Virus record (IMG/VR): IMGVR_UViG_3300010153_000003
Location: 1,075-65,074 of that record
DNA from: a virus
Lineage: Duplodnaviria; Caudoviricetes
Length of the DNA stretch: 64,000 bases
Reading direction: 5' to 3' (one strand)
A model generated the notes under the pieces. That model was not told the DNA's origin. It was given only the letters and a program-made list of their open reading frames with translations, and made no database searches. Position 1 is the stretch's first letter; each line of letters begins with the position of its first letter. The translations under genes and the position numbers were made by a program. Below are positions 48,794-56,382 of this stretch, in pieces.

Positions 48794-49579
48794 TTGTTGC
48801 GCAACAAACTCTTATTTTCTTTAATTACTATTGTTATATTAATCGGTGGTGTTAATATTATACCTGCTGATGGTGATAGATTAGAGACTCTTAAACTTAG
48901 GCATAGTGAGGCCCCCGAGGTCTGTATGTTTGAACCTAATCCAGAGTTAGAAGCGGATAGAAAGTATAATTTTGAAGTAATAACCAGGGTATCGGTTGAT
49001 ATGTGGGTAGACGCATTGTCATACAAGTACCCTCAAGGCAATTGGGAGATAAAGATACATCCTACCGTGCCATGGGAAGAACATGTAAATGCAGATCGTT
49101 ATGATTATCCTCATTGTAATATCATGATTTTATTTGAACCGATATCAGACGGCAACAGACTAGGCTATGCAGTCCCTGACTTTTCAAAGTCTTCACACAA
49201 ACATATGATTGTAGTCGTTCACACATATGAGACAGTTCCTAACAGTATAACTTTCAATCAAGACGGAACTACAACAAGGGACCTAAAACCAATGTCATTA
49301 ACTGTTATACAGGCAATATTGCAACATGAATTAGGCCATGCGTTCGGACTATTACATTACAACATATCAAATCCGTTAAGTCAAAATGAATTTGGAACAG
49401 ATCGTTCAATGATGTATCCTGCTTTGAACAGTGAATCTGGTCTTATTCATATACAAGAACCTGAACTAATAATGATGGCAAAGATATATGGTGAAGACGG
49501 ATGGGGTGGCCAAACACCTGTCTTGATGCCAAAACAATGTGACTTTATACATAACATACTCGTAAAATGTGATTGGTAG
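48794..49579 (+). CDS. Secreted or membrane-anchored matrixin-like metzincin protease
   Basis: N-terminal hydrophobic signal; HELGHAFGLLH (HExxHxxGxxH); Met-turn SMMYP. Confidence 0.85.
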   Translation: MLRNKLLFSLITIVILIGGVNIIPADGDRLETLKLRHSEAPEVCMFEPNPELEADRKYNFEVITRVSVDMWVDALSYKYPQGNWEIKIHPTVPWEEHVNADRYDYPHCNIMILFEPISDGNRLGYAVPDFSKSSHKHMIVVVHTYETVPNSITFNQDGTTTRDLKPMSLTVIQAILQHELGHAFGLLHYNISNPLSQNEFGTDRSMMYPALNSESGLIHIQEPELIMMAKIYGEDGWGGQTPVLMPKQCDFIHNILVKCDW

Positions 49580-49614
49580 TCATATTTAAATACCTGGAAC
49601 ATACTATTGATACT

Positions 49615-49716
49615 ATGGGTTGCGGATGCGGAGATTCATGCGAACTAAACACTGACGGTTTGTTTACTGTGAAGAAGACCAAAAAGAAAGAAGAAAAACT
49701 TAAAGACACGATATAA
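49615..49716 (+). CDS. 33-aa MGCGCG microprotein (not in ORF track)
   Basis: MGCGCGDSCELNTDGLFTVKKTKKKEEKLKDTI; TTTAAATA box at about 49585. Confidence 0.5.
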   Translation: MGCGCGDSCELNTDGLFTVKKTKKKEEKLKDTI

Positions 49717-49916
49717 TATCACACATTCTCTATACTACATTTTTTACAAAGCTATAGCTTAGGTGATTATCACCTATCACACTATCCGCTCTATACGAAT
49801 ATTAGTATAGTGTAGATAGAGTGATTAGTGATAGTTAGTAAGTTTAGGGAACAAACGATTTTGTAGTATAGTGAAAGTAAGATAGCTATATATTACCTGT
49901 TAACCATATATAATAT

Positions 49917-50378
49917 ATGATAAGATATAATCTAAATAAAAATGATCTGGCTAGAAGATCAGAATTGAAAAGACTAGACAATATCCTTGTAAAATTAATT
50001 TCCAATGAAATGGGTTTAAAGAAAGAGGATATAGCTGAATTTTTCTACGATACTAAAACCAGAAGGGATAATATCATAAGCGAATATAATGAATTTATTG
50101 TACGAGATATGTTCGTCTGTATGTACAAGTTTGCAATGGAGCCTATCCTAAAAGAAAAAAGAAGAATAGCACATAACAAGGCATCATCAAAATACAGAAA
50201 GGACAAGTTGGGAATGAATCCAAGAGATCCAGACTTTGTACCTCTAACAAAAGCACAACAGAATAAAAGGTATGCAGAAACTGAAAAAGGAAAGGTCGCT
50301 ATCAGAAAAGCAAAAGAAAAATACTATACAAAGAAAGTAAAAAGGAAAAGACAAGCAGTTAAATCCAGATGGTGTTAA
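49917..50378 (+). CDS. Basic, probably DNA-binding protein
   Basis: KRYAETEKGK...KAKEKY basic helices; TATA upstream. Confidence 0.55.
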   Translation: MIRYNLNKNDLARRSELKRLDNILVKLISNEMGLKKEDIAEFFYDTKTRRDNIISEYNEFIVRDMFVCMYKFAMEPILKEKRRIAHNKASSKYRKDKLGMNPRDPDFVPLTKAQQNKRYAETEKGKVAIRKAKEKYYTKKVKRKRQAVKSRWC

Positions 50379-50424
50379 TAACATTTAACATTATCTTTAT
50401 ATATCATTTATTAATATATAGTAT

Positions 50425-50535
50425 ATGCAAAATGATCAATGTGTAACTAAAGAAATTAATTCTTGTGATTGTGATAACTGTGATTGTACAGATCACAAAA
50501 ATTGTGAATGTGACGACTGTCAATGTTGTTGCTAA
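50425..50535 (+). CDS. Metallothionein-like 36-aa peptide (not in ORF track)
   Basis: MQNDQCVTKEINSCDCDNCDCTDHKNCECDDCQCCC, 11 Cys, no aromatic residues; TTTATATA box about 25 nt upstream. Confidence 0.7.
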   Translation: MQNDQCVTKEINSCDCDNCDCTDHKNCECDDCQCCC

Positions 50536-50570
50536 TCAGATAAGTTTATATTAGATGTTAGCCTATATAG

Positions 50571-50678
50571 GGGTGGCTGTCAGGGAATACCACCATGAGC
50601 GCGCAACGGGTATGGGTTGACGGTAACCCTCTTAAGCCACAAGACTAGAAAGAACGTCGATACGTCATCTAGTCAACC
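50571..50678 (+). ncRNA. Candidate structured non-coding RNA of unknown family
   Basis: GTGGCT/AGCCAC closing stem, internal ATACC/GGTAT and GGGTT/AACCC stems, 3' GACTAGA/TCTAGTC hairpin; starts about 25 nt after the TATA at 50545. Confidence 0.5.
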
Positions 50679-50730
50679 AAAAATTTTCCAAAAAAAACAA
50701 AAATTTTCGCAAAAATAAAAAAATTTTCCG
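50679..50730. repeat. Phased A-tract repeat (AAAAATTTTC x3, 20-bp period)
   Basis: Copies at 50679, 50699 and 50719 with further A-runs between them. Confidence 0.8.
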
Positions 50731-50764
50731 CATACTTTAAATAAGCGAACAGACACTAATATAT

Positions 50765-52933
50765 ATGGGCTTTAAAGATAGGTTTACCAATGCATATAAA
50801 GCTTTAACGTCAGTTGACAAGGGATATACAGAAACTACGTCTAGACCAGCCATCATGCAGCCATATATGGCAACCGATACAGGAGCAAAACTACCAATTT
50901 TCCCTTTCCCACTTATAATGATCTACGAATTATCTGATAACGTGGATGCTTTGAGGATTTCTATTGAAACAATCAACAGAGAGATGTTTAAAAACGGTTT
51001 CGAGGTAGTTGAAAAGTACAAATACAAGTGTAATAACTGTGGAAAAGAGTTTGACGGCAAACCATCAGCAACTGATGCCTTTGATCGAAAGGAAGGTGCT
51101 CCATCAGACCCTGATACAGACAAGGCACCTGCTAGTCATGCTTCAAAAATACTAAAAAAAGCCTCAGTACCAGGCCCAAAAGAAGATGATTCACCACCAC
51201 AATGTGATGAATGTTTTTCTGAAGATATTTCTCGTCCAAAACCAGAAAATCGTAAAATTTTACAGAAACTTTTTACAGATTTTGTCAATAATAACGACCA
51301 AACCATGGAAGATGTCGGCAGAATGATCGAAAGAGACCTGGAAGTCGCTGATAATGCCTATTTATTACTATTAAAGAACTATTACATTAATGATACTACT
51401 GGTAAGATTGATCCAATGAAGACTAAGATTAAAGAATTGATAAGAATAGATCCTCCCCAAGTTGCAATCATCGCAGATTCAGACGGCAGAGTAGGTTTTG
51501 ACGATAAAAGAAACGCTGTGTATGTTTGTCCACGATTTGAACATAGAGATAAAAGGCTCTCCAAACCACACTGTGATAGGTGCGGTGCGGAAGCATTAAA
51601 AGCACTGTTAGAAGTTTCATCAGTGTATTCTGTAGGAGTACCTCAACCAAAAAGAGTAATTTATGCACAAGGAGAGGTTATTTGGGTTGCAGGAAAATAT
51701 AAACCAGGATTAATTTACGGATTTTCACCAATTTATGCTTTATGGAGTAAAGTAATGTCATTATCTCATATGGATGAGTATATTAGAAAATACTTTGACA
51801 AAATGCGACCACCAAGAGGACTTTTGGTCATCGCATCAAGAAACTATGAGACTTTTAGAAAATCATGGAGTACTTTGGAGCAAAGAGCAACTGAAGATCC
51901 TTATATGGTACATCCTTTGTTGGTAGAATCAGATAAAGGCGGAAGACAGATGGCACAGTGGATTGATTTCACGGGGTCACTAAAAGAATTACAATTTATA
52001 GATATTAGAAGAGAGTTAAGACAGATTATAGGTGCAGCATATGGAGTATTGCCATTATACTTTGGAGAACTTCCATCAGGATGGGCTAACGAAGGCATGC
52101 AAGTAACTATTACTAACAGACATATCAAATGGTCACAAGATTTCTTAAAAACACATATATTTGACAGGTTGGCAAAAGAATTACAAGTAACTGATTGGAG
52201 TTTAAAACTTAGAGAAGGTGAAGAAGCAGATCAACTCAGAGATCTCGAAATAGAAGCACAAGAGATTCAGAACAACGCAACATTACAACAAATGGGATTC
52301 GATGTTAAGAGAACACACACAGGAGAATGGGTTGTTGGAAAAGAACCAACGTTTGAACAAGTCATGTTGCCTGAAATGGTTGCACAAGAACAAGCAGCAG
52401 AACTTGGAATGTTACCACAACAAGCAGAGCCTGGTGGACAGAAGCAAGGAAGAGGAAACTCTACAACAGGTAACGGTGAACGAACTGCAGGTTCCAAACA
52501 AGGAGGTCCTATGAACAAGCGCCCAAGTGATCCTGGCGGTCAAGGACAAGGCAGTCCAACAGCAGGAGGAAAGCAAAGATCCGGAGCATTCAACGCATCA
52601 CAGAAATCCATAGGACACACAGAAGATTTTTGGGTTAGGAAAATAACAAAAGAGACTGACCTATCAGTAGATGAAGCTAGAAATATCGTAAAGACATGGG
52701 AGAAGGAATACAAAAAATCCGGAACCATTTATTTCCCAACAACAGTTGAAGAGGATGAATTATCACCAGGATTAGCAGAAACAGTACAAAGAAAAAAGAA
52801 ATCAGGCAAAACAAAATACATAATGAGACAGGAAGGAATGCCAGATATGAGTCCTAGAATAGAAGAAGAAGTGAAAAAAACATTTGATGATGAATTAGGG
52901 GACGAAGAAGAGACATCAGATACTGATGTATGA
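50765..52933 (+). CDS. Portal protein with zinc-ribbon insertions
   Basis: DLEVADNAY, RIDP, YGFSPI, YF....PPRGLL, LQF...R...I..AYGV.P; CNNC/CDEC and CP..EH/CDRC insertions. Confidence 0.9.
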   Translation: MGFKDRFTNAYKALTSVDKGYTETTSRPAIMQPYMATDTGAKLPIFPFPLIMIYELSDNVDALRISIETINREMFKNGFEVVEKYKYKCNNCGKEFDGKPSATDAFDRKEGAPSDPDTDKAPASHASKILKKASVPGPKEDDSPPQCDECFSEDISRPKPENRKILQKLFTDFVNNNDQTMEDVGRMIERDLEVADNAYLLLLKNYYINDTTGKIDPMKTKIKELIRIDPPQVAIIADSDGRVGFDDKRNAVYVCPRFEHRDKRLSKPHCDRCGAEALKALLEVSSVYSVGVPQPKRVIYAQGEVIWVAGKYKPGLIYGFSPIYALWSKVMSLSHMDEYIRKYFDKMRPPRGLLVIASRNYETFRKSWSTLEQRATEDPYMVHPLLVESDKGGRQMAQWIDFTGSLKELQFIDIRRELRQIIGAAYGVLPLYFGELPSGWANEGMQVTITNRHIKWSQDFLKTHIFDRLAKELQVTDWSLKLREGEEADQLRDLEIEAQEIQNNATLQQMGFDVKRTHTGEWVVGKEPTFEQVMLPEMVAQEQAAELGMLPQQAEPGGQKQGRGNSTTGNGERTAGSKQGGPMNKRPSDPGGQGQGSPTAGGKQRSGAFNASQKSIGHTEDFWVRKITKETDLSVDEARNIVKTWEKEYKKSGTIYFPTTVEEDELSPGLAETVQRKKKSGKTKYIMRQEGMPDMSPRIEEEVKKTFDDELGDEEETSDTDV

Positions 52934-53258
52934 ATATAATGCAGAAATAATTGACGTCTACGACGGAGATACTATGACATTTTTAGTTGATCTTGGTTTT
53001 TCAATCACAGTCAAAGAAAAGTTAAGATTGGCAGGAATAAATACACCAGAGGTAAGAGGACCAGAAAAAGAAAATGGCTATAAAGTTAGGGATTATGTAA
53101 AAAAATTAATACTTGGAAAAAAGGTAAAAATTAGAGTTTACAAAAAAGGAAAATTTGGCAGATATATTGCAGAAGTAATTCTACCAGACGGAAAAAATCT
53201 TACCAAACATTTGATTGAAAAGAATATGGGTAAAGAGTTCATGAAAGATGAATACTAG
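52926..53258 (+). CDS. Thermonuclease (SNase-like)
   Basis: VYDGDT...DLGF...RLAGINTPE...GKFGRYIA. Confidence 0.9.
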   Translation: MYEYNAEIIDVYDGDTMTFLVDLGFSITVKEKLRLAGINTPEVRGPEKENGYKVRDYVKKLILGKKVKIRVYKKGKFGRYIAEVILPDGKNLTKHLIEKNMGKEFMKDEY

Positions 53259-53315
53259 TGCTAATATATATAAAGATAATAACAATTATATATAGGATGA
53301 ACGTATATATTATGT

Positions 53316-54206
53316 ATGGCCAAGAGTAGAAACACTAAAAAATCTAAACAAACAACTGCATCTCAGAAACCACCAGGACCAAACGATGACGTGTATCGTT
53401 CAATTAGATTTAAATCAGATATAAAAACACTAGTGGTAAGAACCGAACTTGGATATGATATGGTGTTTGAACTTAATCCACAAATCAGAGTCAATCCATA
53501 TGAAGGTTCAGAAAACGGGACACCTAAATTTCAATCATCAATTATATGGAATCTTAAAGGCGTAAGGCCAAGAGGAAGCACTCTTAAACAGAATGAGATT
53601 GAAAAATTAATAACAGAAAGATCAGTACTACCAATGGAAATGGATTGGGATGTATGTCAATTAGGTTTTGTATATTCAAACGCAAGAGATCCTAACAATC
53701 ATAGATGGTGGTTAGAGACATTAAAATCTGGACAAAAGATGGGAGAATTCACAAGTCAACTTTCAGAATATCCATTAGATATTACATCAACCGCACCTAT
53801 CGGATCTAGATCATGGTTTGACGGAATCCATCACGGACGGTTTACATTTGCAAAGGACAGTATAAAGGATGCGAAAGAAATAAACAAAGGTCATGTATTT
53901 ATTGAAGGTAACGGCAAAGGTAGAATAGGTGACATTAAAGGAAATGTAGAAATACCTGAAAATACTTACAAAGTAAGATTACGATTTGATATCAGAAAAG
54001 ATCATTGGTATATAGAATTTGTAGATCATACAGGCAATCAGATTGGGGAATCTATCACAAGCACAAATATCAAAGCAGATGCAAAATTCAAGGGACATAT
54101 ACTAGCAGATCCAAACAGACCAAAGGTATCAGGTATGATATTAGCAGAAGATATAATAGCAATCAAATCAGATCCGCAATTGACTATGATTAAAGGTAAC
54201 ATTTAA
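53316..54206 (+). CDS. Hypothetical protein
   Basis: 296-aa ORF with TATA upstream. Confidence 0.7.
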   Translation: MAKSRNTKKSKQTTASQKPPGPNDDVYRSIRFKSDIKTLVVRTELGYDMVFELNPQIRVNPYEGSENGTPKFQSSIIWNLKGVRPRGSTLKQNEIEKLITERSVLPMEMDWDVCQLGFVYSNARDPNNHRWWLETLKSGQKMGEFTSQLSEYPLDITSTAPIGSRSWFDGIHHGRFTFAKDSIKDAKEINKGHVFIEGNGKGRIGDIKGNVEIPENTYKVRLRFDIRKDHWYIEFVDHTGNQIGESITSTNIKADAKFKGHILADPNRPKVSGMILAEDIIAIKSDPQLTMIKGNI

Positions 54207-54231
54207 ACGTAACTAACACATTAGATATATT

Positions 54232-54405
54232 ATGATCTGGGATAATTTTATCAAAGGATTGAAAAAATCATTCAGTGGAGATGATCACTTGAGAGAACTA
54301 AATACATGTTCTATGTGTGGTAAGAAAAGTTTCTTCGAAAAATGTTTAAAATGTGAAGTGGATGAGGCATACAGAGGCTGGGAGAAGAAACAGAATGAAA
54401 AATAA
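54232..54405 (+). CDS. 57-aa zinc-finger microprotein (not in ORF track)
   Basis: CSMC...CLKC. Confidence 0.5.
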   Translation: MIWDNFIKGLKKSFSGDDHLRELNTCSMCGKKSFFEKCLKCEVDEAYRGWEKKQNEK

Positions 54406-54610
54406 GAAGAAAGATCCTTATGAATATATAACACCAGATAATTTTGATATGGTTAGGCAATGTCTAATGCAGGGGCTACACTCTAAAGATCCAAAATCAA
54501 TAGTAGAAAGCATGAAGAAAGTAACAGATATACCTGCTGATGCTATAGAAGCAATAGTTAGTCAGGAAATAGGAGGCGCATTCGACGCATGGCAGGAACA
54601 GAATGGCTGA
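54395..54610 (+). CDS. Small helical protein
   Basis: Likely start MKNKKK at 54395; coupled to neighbours. Confidence 0.5.
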   Translation: MKNKKKDPYEYITPDNFDMVRQCLMQGLHSKDPKSIVESMKKVTDIPADAIEAIVSQEIGGAFDAWQEQNG

Positions 54611-55046
54611 TAAGTTAGACGTAAATACAGGTGGAACTGCCGCAGGTAACAAAATATGGGATATGCATCAGAAAGATGAACAGAAACATGTTAATAATCA
54701 TAAAGAAGGATTCTGTTGGAATTGTGAGAAGAAAAAAGCAGTTTCAGCAACAATGTTTAACGTCTGTGCCCACTGTAGAAGAAATAGAGGTCCAGAATTC
54801 ACACTTGTAACGTTAGCAGACAAAGGATGGGACTTGTGTATGTTCTGTGGAAAGTATTCATGGGATATAAAACAAATTAATGCTAGATTGTGTTATAGTT
54901 GTCACGGCAGAATCAGAGAGAAGTTACGTGATTTCAGAAGAGCAGGAGGCACTACTAAGGTAGATCCGTTTTGGAAGAGTATGCGTAGAAACCTAGGTAA
55001 AGATTATTTGTTTAAAGAAGGTTATACCAGAAACTTTAGAAAGTAA
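54603..55046 (+). CDS. Double zinc-finger protein in the head module
   Basis: CWNC, CAHC, CMFC, CYSC. Confidence 0.65.
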   Translation: MADKLDVNTGGTAAGNKIWDMHQKDEQKHVNNHKEGFCWNCEKKKAVSATMFNVCAHCRRNRGPEFTLVTLADKGWDLCMFCGKYSWDIKQINARLCYSCHGRIREKLRDFRRAGGTTKVDPFWKSMRRNLGKDYLFKEGYTRNFRK

Positions 55047-55481
55047 TTATTTTATAGGATTTATTATAAGATTTAACCTGGTTGTTATATTATCATATAG
55101 GATATATCCATTAACATTGAATTTTCTTTTATTTTTAAATCCCCTTTGTAATTTTCTTGCTATTGCAAATGAATTTTCCACTTCTTGACCTGAAAATATA
55201 ACTGAATTTGTTTTTGGATCAACTTCAACTGAAACAACTGGTTCGAATTGATCTTCATATTTCTTAAATGCCTTCTCACCTTGATCAAAATATACCAAAG
55301 ATTTGGAGAAATCCGGCTTATATCCGGCTGCATTATCTTTATTATCAGCAACTAAAACTATACTTTTCTTATTAATCCATAAAGCACATAAATGATTCTC
55401 TGTAACTGTATCTTGTCCTTTAGGATATATTAACATGTAATCTTCAAGCGTATCATATAAATATACCGATGCGTTGGTCAT
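55047..55481 (-). CDS. Hypothetical protein
   Basis: 144-aa ORF with a divergent TATA. Confidence 0.55.
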   Translation of the reverse strand: MTNASVYLYDTLEDYMLIYPKGQDTVTENHLCALWINKKSIVLVADNKDNAAGYKPDFSKSLVYFDQGEKAFKKYEDQFEPVVSVEVDPKTNSVIFSGQEVENSFAIARKLQRGFKNKRKFNVNGYILYDNITTRLNLIINPIK

Positions 55482-55499
55482 AAAGATAATATATGGGAC

Positions 55500-55742
55500 T
55501 TGATATATAAGAGTATGGGATATAATGACTGTAAGAAATGTGGAAAATTAATCTCTAGATACTCAATGGATAGAGAGACAGATCATGAAGTAGTAAGACA
55601 TTACGAGTTCAAACTGTGTTGGGGTTGTGGATACTTTACAATATATCCTAATATTCATGACGATTTCACTGTTTCCGTGATGAGAGATAAATCATTGATA
55701 CTCACACTCATTGAAGATAAATTACTGAAACCAATTCTTTAA
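55500..55742 (+). CDS. Zinc-ribbon protein
   Basis: CKKC...CWGC; start may be the ATG of MGYND. Confidence 0.5.
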   Translation: MIYKSMGYNDCKKCGKLISRYSMDRETDHEVVRHYEFKLCWGCGYFTIYPNIHDDFTVSVMRDKSLILTLIEDKLLKPIL

Positions 55743-55767
55743 ATATAAATCACTGATAATATATCAT

Positions 55768-56076
55768 ATGGAAGGAGTAATAGGAGACATAGCAGCAGGA
55801 ATAGGATTGTTCGTAGTGTCAGGTGTCTCAGCATATATTTTAAATTATTTTAAGAATAAGAAAAAGGCTATACAGGATAATGAAAAACGTATAGATGAAT
55901 TGAATGATAGATTAGAAGAAATAGATAGAAAATGCAGGCATGACTCAATGAGAGTGCGCAAGGCAATTATAATATTATCTAAGAGATTAGACAGCAGTTC
56001 AGAAAAATTACATCCAAAAGCAGGAAAAACTGCATTTGAGGAAATTACAAGAGATATATTGACTGAGGACTACTGA
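55768..56076 (+). CDS. Membrane protein with one TM helix and a coiled coil (holin-like architecture)
   Basis: IAAGIGLFVVSGVSAYIL followed by a charged heptad region. Confidence 0.55.
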   Translation: MEGVIGDIAAGIGLFVVSGVSAYILNYFKNKKKAIQDNEKRIDELNDRLEEIDRKCRHDSMRVRKAIIILSKRLDSSSEKLHPKAGKTAFEEITRDILTEDY

Positions 56077-56109
56077 AAAACTTAAATACGCCATCCACGT
56101 GAACTGAGT

Positions 56110-56301
56110 ATGGTATTCGAACAAGCAGGTCGTCTAAGATATCACGCCTTATGGGCATATGTGGGTATCGTTGCTCCAGCATTCCTATTGGATAAACTGC
56201 CATTGACAGATATTCAAGGATTAGCAGCACTTCTAGCACCAATAGCATTGGTATTAGCAGCAGACGTAGCAAAAAATAGAAACGCAGTAACCTCTCCTTA
56301 G
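56110..56301 (+). CDS. Small two-TM membrane protein (holin-like)
   Basis: Two hydrophobic helices in 63 aa. Confidence 0.5.
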   Translation: MVFEQAGRLRYHALWAYVGIVAPAFLLDKLPLTDIQGLAALLAPIALVLAADVAKNRNAVTSP

Positions 56302-56382
56302 ACAAATTTTTCACTTATACTAAGGTAGGCTCTCGTCTTTTTTATAGATATTATTATATAGGATGAACACATTCTAATTATT

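Noticed and set aside
50643-50678. tRNA gene suggested by a 7-bp stem ending near ACCA
   Set aside because: No D or anticodon arm, no TTCG T-loop, and an extra base before CCA; retained only as part of the ncRNA candidate.
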